From NCBI GenBank assembly GCA_019116165.1, contig DXCE01000064.1:2943-66942 (forward strand): a stretch of DNA of 64,000 nt, written 5' to 3'. This document shows, piece by piece, positions 53,686 to 63,166 of this stretch; the first letter of the stretch is position 1, and each line of letters opens with the position of its first letter. Below the pieces are notes generated by a model, which was not told the origin of the DNA, did no database searches, and saw only the letters and a list, made by a program, of their open reading frames with translations. The translations under genes and the position numbers were made by a program. This DNA comes from Candidatus Eubacterium faecavium. Its GTDB lineage: Bacteria; Bacillota; Clostridia; Oscillospirales; Acutalibacteraceae.

Positions 53686-54858
53686 ATGGATTACAGAAAA
53701 GAATCGTTAAAGCTGCACGAGCAGTGGAAAGGCAAGGTAGAAGTTGTTGCCCGCGCCAAGGTAGACAACAAGGACGCACTCTCACTGGCGTACACCCCCG
53801 GTGTTGCGCAGCCCTGCCTTGAAATACAAAAGGACTACAAAAAAAGCTGGGAGCTTACACGCCGCTGGAATATGGCTGCCGTCATTACCGACGGCTCTGC
53901 AGTGCTCGGGCTTGGCGACATAGGTCCCGAGGCAGGCATGCCTGTCATGGAGGGCAAATGCGTGCTGTTTAAGGAATTCGGCGATGTTGACGCCTTTCCG
54001 CTCTGCGTGAGGACAAAGGACGTGGACGAATTCGTGCAGACGGTTTACAACATCAGCGGCTCGTTCGGCGGAATCAATCTGGAGGATATTGCGGCGCCGA
54101 GATGCTTTGAGATCGAGGAAAAGCTAAAAAAGCTCTGCGACATCCCCGTGTTCCACGATGACCAGCACGGCACAGCGGTTGTAGTTTCCGCAGCGCTCAT
54201 CAACGCCACCAAGCTTACGGGCAAGCCGCTTTCCGAATGCAGCGCAGTCATAAACGGTTCCGGCGCGGCAGGCATCGCCATCGCTAAGCTGCTTATGACA
54301 TTAGGACTTAAAGATGTTATCCTCTGCGACAGGACCGGCGCTATCTATAAGGGCAGAGAAAATCTGAACCCCTATAAGGCGGAGATAGCTGAAATATCAA
54401 ACAAAGCAGGCGTTAAAGGCACGCTCGCGGACGCAGTGAAAGGCACGGATATCTTTATAGGTGTTTCCGCCCCCGGTGTGCTTACCGCCGATATGATAAA
54501 AACCATGAACGAAAACGCAATAGTGCTTGCGATGGCAAACCCCACGCCGGAGATCATGCCGGACGAGGCAGCGGCAGCCGGTGCTGCCATCGTGGGAACT
54601 GGAAGATCCGATTTCCCCAATCAGATCAACAACGTGGTGGCTTTCCCCGGTATCTTCCGCGGTGCTCTTGATGTGTGCGCAAGCCAGATAACCGAAAACA
54701 TGAAGATCGCCGCGGCTTATGCCATAGCATCTCTTGTGAGCGATGATGAACTGAAGCCGGACTATATCCTGCCGTACGCTTTTGACAAACGCATCAAGGA
54801 TACGGTTGCATCTGCTGTTGCCGAAGCGGCAAGAAAAGACGGCGTTGCAAGGATCTGA
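53686..54858 (+). CDS. NAD(P)-dependent malic enzyme (short form)
   Basis: LSLAYTPGVA, VITDGSAVLGLGDIG, FHDDQHGTA and NGSGAAG motifs. Confidence 0.9.
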   Translation: MDYRKESLKLHEQWKGKVEVVARAKVDNKDALSLAYTPGVAQPCLEIQKDYKKSWELTRRWNMAAVITDGSAVLGLGDIGPEAGMPVMEGKCVLFKEFGDVDAFPLCVRTKDVDEFVQTVYNISGSFGGINLEDIAAPRCFEIEEKLKKLCDIPVFHDDQHGTAVVVSAALINATKLTGKPLSECSAVINGSGAAGIAIAKLLMTLGLKDVILCDRTGAIYKGRENLNPYKAEIAEISNKAGVKGTLADAVKGTDIFIGVSAPGVLTADMIKTMNENAIVLAMANPTPEIMPDEAAAAGAAIVGTGRSDFPNQINNVVAFPGIFRGALDVCASQITENMKIAAAYAIASLVSDDELKPDYILPYAFDKRIKDTVASAVAEAARKDGVARI

Positions 54859-54873
54859 AACTATAATAAAAAC

Positions 54874-54910
54874 GCCGGGCGGCTGAGTAATATACTCAAA
54901 ACCGCCCGGC
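54874..54910. terminator. bidirectional terminator
   Basis: 9-bp GC-rich stem GCCGGGCGG / CCGCCCGGC followed by a T run. Confidence 0.75.
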
Positions 54911-54937
54911 TTATTTTTATTTTATATTAATTACATA

Positions 54938-55288
54938 TTATTTAAGCTTTTCCGCCCATTCCTTTTCACGAAAGCCTGTTAAAACAAAACTGTCTGTAAC
55001 AACCAGAGGGCGTTTTACAAGCATTCCGTCCGTTGCGAGCAGCCTGAGCTGTTCCTCTTCGCTCATATCGGCAAGCTTATCTTTTAAACCCATAGATTTA
55101 TAAAGCAGGCCGCTTGTGTTGAAAAATCTTTTCAGCGGCAGACCGCTTTTTTCGCACCACGCTTTAAGTTCCTCATAGGTGGGATTCTGCTCCTTGATAT
55201 GCCTGTCCGTATAAGAGACATTGTTTTCATCAAGCCATTTTTTCGCCTTCTGGCAGGTTGAGCATTTGGGATATTCAATAAAAAGCAT
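54938..55288 (-). CDS. ArsC/Spx/YffB-family thioredoxin-fold protein
   Basis: 116 aa. N-terminal CSTC redox motif in a Spx/ArsC-like context, and ...LVKRPL. Confidence 0.75.
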   Translation of the reverse strand: MLFIEYPKCSTCQKAKKWLDENNVSYTDRHIKEQNPTYEELKAWCEKSGLPLKRFFNTSGLLYKSMGLKDKLADMSEEEQLRLLATDGMLVKRPLVVTDSFVLTGFREKEWAEKLK

Positions 55289-55308
55289 AGTGATTTTCCT
55301 TTCTGAAT

Positions 55309-55977
55309 TTATTTAAAACTTTGCGCGTATTTTTGGCACCACTCAAAAAGCAGTGCGAAATCGTGTTCATAATTTGATATGCCCGAACGCTGAATATTTA
55401 ATGCCGCTTCAAATGCTGCCTTATCCTCTCCCTCAAGCACAGCGGCAAGTTTTTGCTTTGTTGCGTAAAAACTGCCTGTTTTTAAAAAGTATATATTCTG
55501 CAGAATGAAAAACAGTGATTTACAGCATCCTCTAAACCGCATATTGCGCTCATCCCCATCGGAATGGATATTGCTGTGGCACAATTCGTGGTAAAGATTG
55601 TTTATACTCAGCTTAATATAGTTTCTTTCGTCTGCTTCGGTATACTCCTGCACGATATCTTTTATACTGCCGTACAGATCCTTGGTGGTGTGAACAAGAT
55701 GGCAGATCTCCATAGGATTCCAGTTTGAAAGTTCTGCCCTGCCGCAGATAAAACCGCAGGCTCTTTCATAATCGCCTGCCTTTCTGATTATATCTTTATA
55801 TAGCGCAAGGTCTTTTACACTTAAGCCGTCTATAACCACCATAATGTCTATATCGCTGCTGCTCGTTTCCTCACCGCGCATATAACTGCCCTGAAGTCCT
55901 GCATAAACAAGTCTTTCGGCAAATTCAGCCTTTAACAGATCAATTAGTTTTTCAGTATAGTTTTCAATAAAAGTCAT
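55309..55977 (-). CDS. nucleotidyltransferase-domain protein
   Basis: GSYMRGEETSSSDIDIMVVI is the pol-beta-type NTase motif (G[SG]...D.D). Substrate unknown. Confidence 0.6.
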   Translation of the reverse strand: MTFIENYTEKLIDLLKAEFAERLVYAGLQGSYMRGEETSSSDIDIMVVIDGLSVKDLALYKDIIRKAGDYERACGFICGRAELSNWNPMEICHLVHTTKDLYGSIKDIVQEYTEADERNYIKLSINNLYHELCHSNIHSDGDERNMRFRGCCKSLFFILQNIYFLKTGSFYATKQKLAAVLEGEDKAAFEAALNIQRSGISNYEHDFALLFEWCQKYAQSFK

Positions 55978-55989
55978 TGTTACGCTCCG

Positions 55990-57027
55990 TTAGATCAGCT
56001 CGGAAAGGATTGTGTTTGAAACAAGAAAGCCTTTGGGCGTAAACGCCACTCTGCCGCCGTTTTCTTTCATAAAGCCAGCTTTTACATAGGGTGAAAAATC
56101 TTTCTTTATCAGTGATTTTTCAATGCCGCAGGCAAGGCGCAGCCCGAGCATGATTTTTTCCTCGTCACTTCCGCCCTCTCCGTCATCAACGATCTCAAAA
56201 TCCCTGTCATAATAAAAACGCCTGCCGTCCCAAAACGAATGGGCGCTCTTCCCTATCCCCAGATACGGCACAAGGCGCCAGTATTTTATATTATGACGGC
56301 TTTCAAAGCCGGGCAAGGCGAAATTGCTGATTTCGTACTGCGCAAGCCCTATTTTTTCCAGAGCGGAAACGGTTTCAAGATACAGATTTGCCGTTTCATC
56401 CTCGCCCGGAAGCTCCATTTTATCCCGGAGCTTAAAAAACGGCGTGCCCTCCTCGATTTTCAGCATATACGCGGAAACATGCGGCACTTTCATTTCACCG
56501 ATAAATGCAAGCGTTTCCTGAAGGCTTTCTTCGGTTTGCTTCGGTGTGCCGAGCATAACATCAAGGCTGATGTTGAAAATTCCCGCCGTTCGCGCGTCTG
56601 AAACAGCCTTTGCCACCTCTTCCCTGCCCGCTATCCTGCCCAGCGCAAGCCTTTCCGATTTTACGGCGCTCTGCATACCGATGGAAACACGGTTTATCCC
56701 CGCTTTTTTGTATTCCTTAAAATCCTCGCTCAAATCTTTTGAGGGATTGCATTCAATCGTGATTTCAGAATCTTCATCAAGATCAAAAACTCTGCGGACG
56801 GCGGAAAGTATTTTGCTTATCAGACCGGCATCCAAAATGCTCGGTGTGCCGCCGCCGAGATAGACCGTATCAAACCGGGCGCCGCGATACTTATGAAACT
56901 CCATGCACAATCTGTTCACATACTCCTGCGCCGCGGAGTTTTCATATCTGACGGAATAAAAATCGCAGTAAGGGCACTTGGACGCGCAAAAGGGGATGTG
57001 AATATACAAACCTGCTTTTTCGTTCAT
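55990..57027 (-). CDS. hemW: radical SAM heme chaperone HemW (HemN-like)
   Basis: LYIHIPFCASKCPYCDF (CxxxCxxC) and GGGTPS. Confidence 0.85.
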   Translation of the reverse strand: MNEKAGLYIHIPFCASKCPYCDFYSVRYENSAAQEYVNRLCMEFHKYRGARFDTVYLGGGTPSILDAGLISKILSAVRRVFDLDEDSEITIECNPSKDLSEDFKEYKKAGINRVSIGMQSAVKSERLALGRIAGREEVAKAVSDARTAGIFNISLDVMLGTPKQTEESLQETLAFIGEMKVPHVSAYMLKIEEGTPFFKLRDKMELPGEDETANLYLETVSALEKIGLAQYEISNFALPGFESRHNIKYWRLVPYLGIGKSAHSFWDGRRFYYDRDFEIVDDGEGGSDEEKIMLGLRLACGIEKSLIKKDFSPYVKAGFMKENGGRVAFTPKGFLVSNTILSELI

Positions 57028-57050
57028 ACGATCACATCCCCCTATATAAG

Positions 57051-58874
57051 TTATTTTTTACGGCTTTCCGCCTTTAATCTCAGACCTTTATCCAGTATTG
57101 ATTTTCTGAGTCTGATGGATTTGGGCGTTACCTCCAGCAGCTCGTCATCCGCAAGGAACTCCATACTCTGCTCAAGCGAAAGCGTGGTGGGCGGAACAAG
57201 CTTTAAAGCCTCATCGGAGCCGCTTGCTCTTGTGTTGGTAACATGCTTTTTCTTGCAGACATTGCAGATGATATCCTCATTTTTAGAGCACTCGCCAACG
57301 ATCATACCCTCATACACATCAACGCCCGGGCCGATAAAGAGTCTGCCCCTGTCCTGCGTGTTCCACAGTCCGTAGCCGGTTGAAACGCCAGTTTCGTGGG
57401 CAACGATTGATCCTCTTGTTCTGGTGGCGATATCGCCCTTATAGGGTTCATAGCCGGCAAAAAGCTGATTCATGATGCCGTTTCCGTTGGTATCCGTAAG
57501 GAATTCGCTTCTGTAACCGATCAGACCGCGGGAGGGTATCTTAAATTCAAGATGCGTCATCCCCGTAGTGCGCGTATCCATTTTTTCAACCTCGCCCTTA
57601 CGCGAGCAGAGCTTTTCAATGACCGTGCCCACATAATCCTCGGGAACTTCGATGATCGCAAGCTCCATCGGCTCAAGGGTCTGCCCTGTTTTTTCGTTCT
57701 TTTTCATAATGACCTGCGGGCGAGAGACCTGAAATTCATAATTCTCGCGGCGCATGGTCTCAATCAATATCGAAAGGTGAAGCTCGCCTCTGCCGGAGAC
57801 CTTGAAGGTATCCATGGAATCGGTTTCCTCAACACGCATGGAAACATTCGTTTCCACCTCTTTGAACAGCCTGTCGCGCAGATTGCGGCTCGTGACATAC
57901 TTGCCCTCTCTGCCGGCAAACGGTGAGTCGTTTACCATAAAGTTCATGCTTATGGTAGGCTCGTCTATCTTAACGAACGGCAGCGGCTCAACACATTCGG
58001 GATCGCAAACGGTTTCACCGATATTCAGATCGGGTATACCGGCAACGCACACCAGATCACCGAGGAACGCTTCTGTACAGGGAACTCTCTTGAGCCCCTC
58101 AAACTGATAAAGCTTTGTAATGCGGATATTTTCCCTGCTGCCGTCCTGCTTACAAAGCACATACGGCGTATTCGTTTTTATGCCGCCGCGCTCCACTCTG
58201 CCGACTCCGATTCTGCCGACATAATCATCGTATTCCAATGATGAAAACAGGATTTGGGCAGGGCCGTCGGGGTCGCCCTCAGGCGCAGGGATATATTTTA
58301 AAATAGCGTCAAACAAAGGTCTCATATCGCCTTCACGCACATCGGGATCAAGACCTGCATAGCCGTCCTTGGCGGAAGCGTAAACAACGGGAAATTCGAT
58401 TTGGTCATCATCCGCGCCGAGTTCAATGAAAAGATCAAGCACCTCATCTATCACTTCCGCGGGACGAGCGCCAGGTCTGTCTATCTTATTTATAACAACC
58501 AGCGGCGTCTTTTTCAGTCCGAGCGCCTTTTTGAGTACAAAACGGGTCTGCGGCATGCAGCCTTCAAAGGCGTCAACAAGCAGCAAAACGCCGTCTACCA
58601 TTGTGAGTATACGCTCCACCTCGCCGCCGAAATCAGCATGGCCGGGGGTATCCACTATATTGATTTTCGTATCCTTATAATGAACCGCTGTATTCTTTGA
58701 AAGGATCGTAATTCCTCTTTCGCGTTCAAGGTCATTACTGTCCATCACTCTTTCATCTACGACTTCATTCGCGCGGAAAGTGCCGCTCTGGCGCAGCATT
58801 TCGTCAACAAGCGTTGTTTTGCCGTGGTCAACATGCGCTATGATTGCTATATTTCTAAGGTTCTTTGCCTGCAT
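57051..58874 (-). CDS. typA: translational GTPase TypA/BipA
   Basis: NIAIIAHVDHGKTTLVD, DTPGHADFGGEVER and NKIDR, with an EF-G-like domain layout. I prefer the ATG at 58874. Confidence 0.93.
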   Translation of the reverse strand: MQAKNLRNIAIIAHVDHGKTTLVDEMLRQSGTFRANEVVDERVMDSNDLERERGITILSKNTAVHYKDTKINIVDTPGHADFGGEVERILTMVDGVLLLVDAFEGCMPQTRFVLKKALGLKKTPLVVINKIDRPGARPAEVIDEVLDLFIELGADDDQIEFPVVYASAKDGYAGLDPDVREGDMRPLFDAILKYIPAPEGDPDGPAQILFSSLEYDDYVGRIGVGRVERGGIKTNTPYVLCKQDGSRENIRITKLYQFEGLKRVPCTEAFLGDLVCVAGIPDLNIGETVCDPECVEPLPFVKIDEPTISMNFMVNDSPFAGREGKYVTSRNLRDRLFKEVETNVSMRVEETDSMDTFKVSGRGELHLSILIETMRRENYEFQVSRPQVIMKKNEKTGQTLEPMELAIIEVPEDYVGTVIEKLCSRKGEVEKMDTRTTGMTHLEFKIPSRGLIGYRSEFLTDTNGNGIMNQLFAGYEPYKGDIATRTRGSIVAHETGVSTGYGLWNTQDRGRLFIGPGVDVYEGMIVGECSKNEDIICNVCKKKHVTNTRASGSDEALKLVPPTTLSLEQSMEFLADDELLEVTPKSIRLRKSILDKGLRLKAESRKK

Positions 58875-58936
58875 ATCCTGTCGCTCCCCATCAATAAGAT
58901 TTTTCTTTCCCAAACGCCGTCTGTATACGGCATATC

Positions 58937-58973
58937 AAAACAAGCCGCTTGTATTTTACCACTAAGCGGCTTG
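58937..58973 (-). terminator. terminator-like hairpin in the typA 5' region
   Basis: Perfect 10-bp stem CAAGCCGCTT / AAGCGGCTTG with TTTT on the minus strand, about 60 nt upstream of the typA ATG. No upstream gene on the same strand. Confidence 0.4.
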
Positions 58974-59118
58974 TTTGGCAAGAGTATTGCACCTATTTTA
59001 AATGCAAATTAAAGCGATCTTTTCTTCGGCTCCGCTTTACAAACCGCCGGCTATTTGCTAAAATTGAAACAAACAGAAAGAATTGCTGCCGATACGGCAC
59101 TGAGAGGGGTTATTTAAT

Positions 59119-60741
59119 ATGGAAAAGGAGATGTTCATTCTTTCGCCGCTTGAAAAGGTGTTTGAAGATTCAAACGCGGACTTTTCGGAATTCTCTTGCT
59201 TTTCAATGATGAAGAACGAGCGCAAGGCATTCCAGATCGCATTCCAAGCCGATAAGGGCGAAACGGTTAGCTTTGAGATTGAATCGCCTGTAGCAAAGTA
59301 TATGAATTTCAGCCTTGTGAAACTCATAAGAGGCGGACTTGCGTTGCCGTCCGGCACGGACGATTATTTTATAAAAGAGAAACACAGCAAATACCCGGAT
59401 CTTCTTGAACCGCTTGAGAGCACTGCATTCACTGCCGAATACAGCGGACTGAACTGCGTTTGGGTGCAGCTTTGGGGCGAACTGCCCACAGGTGAGTTTG
59501 AAGTAAATATAACGCGCAGCGGGACGGATACTAAGGCAACTGTTAAAATTGAGATCATAGACGCACTTTTGCCTGAGCAGGAGCTGATATATACAAACTG
59601 GTTCCACACGGACTGCCTGATGAGCTATTACGGATTCAAGGCGTTTTCGCCCGAATACTGGCAGTGCACCGAAAATTTTCTGCGCCGCGCCGCAGAATAC
59701 GGGATGAACTGCGTTTTAACGCCGCTGTTCACTCCGCCGCTTGACACGCAGGTTGGCGGCGAACGCCCGACCGTGCAGTTGATTGACGTTAAGATAACGG
59801 GCAAAAACAGATATTCCTTTGCATTTGAAAAGCTCGACAGATGGCTTGAAATGTGTGACAGATGCGGCATTAGATATTATGAGATGAGCCACCTGTTTAC
59901 ACAGTGGGGCGCGCGCCATGCGCCCAAGATTATTGCCGAAAAAAACGGCGTTTTAAAAAAGATTTTCGGGTGGCGCACGATGGCGTCGGGCAAAAAGTAC
60001 CGTCTTTTTATGGAGCAGTTTGCCGAAGCGCTTAAAGAATATATAAATAAAAAAGGTATTGCGCAGCGCTGCATATTCCATGTTTCCGACGAGCCTGCAA
60101 AGCGGCAGCTCAGAGCATACTCAAAAGCTGCACAAATCATCCACAAAAACTTCAGCGGATTCAAGATCACAGACGCGCTTTCCGATTTTTCCTTTTATGA
60201 GAAAGGTGTTGTTGAAACGCCGATCCCCGCCACGGACCACATTGAGCCGTTTATAGGGAAAGTGCCCGAACTTTGGGCATATTACTGCGGTGCACAGGGC
60301 AGAAAATATGTTTCAAACCGATTTTTCGGCATGCCCGCCGAAAGAAACAGAATCATCGGTTACCAGCTTTACAAATTCGACGTTAAAGGCTTTCTGCACT
60401 GGGGATACAATTTCTATTACAGCAGGTTTTCCAAACGCCTGATAGACCCGTTTACAGAGCCGGACGCCGACGGAAAATTCCCCTCAGGTGACAGCTTTGT
60501 GGTTTATCCGGGCAAAAACAACATGCCGCTTGACTCAACAAGGCTTCATGTGTTCTTCGACGGACTTCAGGATCTGCGCGCCCTCAGGCTGCTTGAAAGC
60601 CTTGCCGGCAGGGAAAAAGCCGTATCTGTTCTGGAGAGCGGACTTGAAAAGCCCCTTACCTTCAGCGAATATCCCCACAGCGCAGAATGGCTGCTGCAAA
60701 CACGCGAACGGATAAACAGTGAAATAAAAAAGAAGCTGTAA
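59119..60741 (+). CDS. DUF4091-domain protein (glycoside-hydrolase-like)
   Basis: 540 aa. The central TIM-barrel-like block NWFHTDCL...YGMNCVLTPLFTPPLDT matches my recollection of DUF4091. GAGGGG SD. Confidence 0.7.
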   Translation: MEKEMFILSPLEKVFEDSNADFSEFSCFSMMKNERKAFQIAFQADKGETVSFEIESPVAKYMNFSLVKLIRGGLALPSGTDDYFIKEKHSKYPDLLEPLESTAFTAEYSGLNCVWVQLWGELPTGEFEVNITRSGTDTKATVKIEIIDALLPEQELIYTNWFHTDCLMSYYGFKAFSPEYWQCTENFLRRAAEYGMNCVLTPLFTPPLDTQVGGERPTVQLIDVKITGKNRYSFAFEKLDRWLEMCDRCGIRYYEMSHLFTQWGARHAPKIIAEKNGVLKKIFGWRTMASGKKYRLFMEQFAEALKEYINKKGIAQRCIFHVSDEPAKRQLRAYSKAAQIIHKNFSGFKITDALSDFSFYEKGVVETPIPATDHIEPFIGKVPELWAYYCGAQGRKYVSNRFFGMPAERNRIIGYQLYKFDVKGFLHWGYNFYYSRFSKRLIDPFTEPDADGKFPSGDSFVVYPGKNNMPLDSTRLHVFFDGLQDLRALRLLESLAGREKAVSVLESGLEKPLTFSEYPHSAEWLLQTRERINSEIKKKL

Positions 60742-60782
60742 ATATCAAAGCAAATAAACAAATAAGAACCGAACCATTCAAA

Positions 60783-60828
60783 ACCGCGGTCCGCATATCC
60801 AAAAAGATACGCAGACCGCGGTATTTTT
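60783..60828. terminator. bidirectional terminator
   Basis: Outer stem ACCGCGGT / ACCGCGGT with an imperfect extension, followed by T5. Confidence 0.65.
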
Positions 60829-60845
60829 ATCAGCCGTTTTATTTG

Positions 60846-62357
60846 TTATTCGTTTACAGCTTCTTTTTCTGCCTTGAGGGCTTCTCTTCTTTCCATGATG
60901 TCCTTCATCATCTTTCTGTGACCGTCGCCGGTTATGTTATAGAAGTGCATCGGAATAAGCATAAGCAGATAGCCAACAGCGGGCACAACGGTTGTGAGCA
61001 GGAACAGCGCCCAGTTTGTTTCGGTATTCTGAACCAGAGAACCTTCCGTGTGCTGGATATATCCCGTAAAGCCGAGTATAGCAAGTCCGATTGAGGATGA
61101 GAGCGTGTTTTCGATCTTGCCGGTAAAGCTCATGATTGAAAGCATGATACCCTCTACGCGCGTGCCTGTTTTCCACTCGATATAATCAACGGTCTCCGCT
61201 TCCATTTCCTTTTGAATCAGGTTTTTGAATTCAAGCGGAATAGAGGTAAGACCTGTGAACAGAACAACAAGAATGCCTGTAAAGAGCGGAACGCTGTCGC
61301 CCGCCGCTTTATTCATAAGGCCGTTATAACAGGTGATCGCGAACAGAGCGTGCAGGATTATCGCAACAACGCAACACGCCTGATAGAATTTTTTGCTGTC
61401 TGCCTTTCTGCCCAAGGTCTCAACGATCTTGGGAACAAGCAGACCGGCAACAAGAAAGCCGGGAAATTTAACAACATCAATAAAAACATTATATTTCCTG
61501 TTGAACATCAGATCGGCAACAAAATAGAACGATACCTGCTCCGCAATTTTGCAGATAACAAAGAATATATTGCCGAGAAACAGCATGAGCAACGGCCTGT
61601 TTTTAAACAGAAGCGAAAAGCATTCGCGAACCGACGGAACATCCTCTCTGTGCTCGGCTCTTTCTTTGGTGTTTTTATATGTAAAACGTGTAAGAAAAAT
61701 AATGCCGATTGCCGAAATGATGGCGGAAGTGAGGTATGCCTGAGGGGTGTGATCCTTAAAATACGGAAGCAGTGCGGCGCCGGCAACAAAGACCTGCGGC
61801 AGAGCGCCGAGAACCGAACGCACGATAGAACTGATACCGAAAAGCTTTGTGCGCTCGATACCGCTCGGTGTAATCGAAAACGCGAGCGCGCCCATGGGTA
61901 TATCAAAAGCCGTATATGTAACGTCAAGTCCGATAAACAACACGGTTGTATAGATTATATTAAAAACGGGAGACGCATCCGCGCTGCCTATGAAAAAGAG
62001 GATCATAACCAGAGAAACGAAAAGAGGCGCCCATTTGATATAAGGTCTCATCTGCCCGTTTTTCGTTCTTGTTTTGTCCACGATAACGCCCATGATGGGA
62101 TCGTTTACAGCATCAAAAATACCGCAGAAGAAACGTATTTTTGATGCCACGCCCATAGGGTCGTCCAATTTTCTGAACAAAACATTCGTTAAAAAGAAAT
62201 TGATGTATTTTGACGAAGTCATGCTTGTATTCATTCCCTGAGCGCCGCGCCCCACGGCATATGAGAGCGTTTCTTTCCATGTTAAAACGGTCTCCTCGCC
62301 GACATCGCCTTTTACGATCTTGCTGTTAAGAAATTCCTTAACGCTGAATTTTGCCAT
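60846..62357 (-). CDS. GPH-family glycoside/cation symporter (MFS)
   Basis: 12 TM helices. GIFDAVNDPIMGVIVDKT block. GGGGAG SD. Confidence 0.85.
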   Translation of the reverse strand: MAKFSVKEFLNSKIVKGDVGEETVLTWKETLSYAVGRGAQGMNTSMTSSKYINFFLTNVLFRKLDDPMGVASKIRFFCGIFDAVNDPIMGVIVDKTRTKNGQMRPYIKWAPLFVSLVMILFFIGSADASPVFNIIYTTVLFIGLDVTYTAFDIPMGALAFSITPSGIERTKLFGISSIVRSVLGALPQVFVAGAALLPYFKDHTPQAYLTSAIISAIGIIFLTRFTYKNTKERAEHREDVPSVRECFSLLFKNRPLLMLFLGNIFFVICKIAEQVSFYFVADLMFNRKYNVFIDVVKFPGFLVAGLLVPKIVETLGRKADSKKFYQACCVVAIILHALFAITCYNGLMNKAAGDSVPLFTGILVVLFTGLTSIPLEFKNLIQKEMEAETVDYIEWKTGTRVEGIMLSIMSFTGKIENTLSSSIGLAILGFTGYIQHTEGSLVQNTETNWALFLLTTVVPAVGYLLMLIPMHFYNITGDGHRKMMKDIMERREALKAEKEAVNE

Positions 62358-62374
62358 AAATTCTCCCCCTAAAG

Positions 62375-62947
62375 TTACTTGATTTTTACGATCTTGCTTT
62401 TTTTGACAAGATAAACGTGATCCGCAATATCCATCATCGCCTTATCGTTCATGCTGTCCGTATAGAAATTGACTATATGGGCGTCGGGATAAAGCTCGTT
62501 GAAAATTTTGACCTTGTTTTCAAGAAAGCAAAGGCGCACAAATTTTCCCGTTTTTTTATCTATGCTGGATCCAACATAATGCTTGATCCCCATACGCTTC
62601 ATGATCTCGTCAAGAATGAAATCCGTTGTGCCGGAAACGACTATATCGCTGTCTTTTCTCACGCGTGAATACCACGGCTTTATCTTTTTTTCATTTCTGT
62701 TCCAGAAATCAACTACGGCGGAGGTAAGGTCGCCTGCGTTCACGTAATATCCTTCCAGAAAAGAGGCATACGCTTCAACGGCATCCTCAACGGTAAACAG
62801 ATGCAGCATATCCTTCAGCGCGATAACTGCAAGTTTTGGAATATATTTCCATATTCTGATATCGCGCTTTACGAAATACATGATGAAATCCACTAGAGTT
62901 TCGCCGTCATATATCGTATTGTCAAAATCGTAAACATTAACGTCCAT
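62375..62947 (-). CDS. HAD-IB family hydrolase
   Basis: N-terminal DxDxT motif (YDFDNTIY) and a late DSMND motif. I prefer the ATG at 62947. Confidence 0.75.
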   Translation of the reverse strand: MDVNVYDFDNTIYDGETLVDFIMYFVKRDIRIWKYIPKLAVIALKDMLHLFTVEDAVEAYASFLEGYYVNAGDLTSAVVDFWNRNEKKIKPWYSRVRKDSDIVVSGTTDFILDEIMKRMGIKHYVGSSIDKKTGKFVRLCFLENKVKIFNELYPDAHIVNFYTDSMNDKAMMDIADHVYLVKKSKIVKIK

Positions 62948-63085
62948 AAATATATACCCCATATTTCAAGAATAAGTTTACAAATTGTCAAATCTGTGTA
63001 AAGTGTTGGATAAAAATACAAAAATCAGTAACTTTATATTACCAAAACAGAAGTTCAATGGCAAGTTAAACAGTAATATTTTTTC

Positions 63086-63114
63086 TTGACAATCTTCGGC
63101 AAGAATTATATATT
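63086..63114 (+). promoter_or_regulatory. sigma-A promoter (TTGACA-17-TATATT) for nadB
   Basis: Consensus -35 with an exact 17-nt spacer. Confidence 0.5.
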
Positions 63115-63166
63115 AATATAAATATTGCTTTAGGGAGAGCGCGGAATAACCGGGCATTTAGTAAAA

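Noticed and set aside
61212-62144. 310-aa plus-strand ORF
   Set aside because: It is antisense to the GPH symporter. It is Arg/Asn/Lys-rich with no SD.
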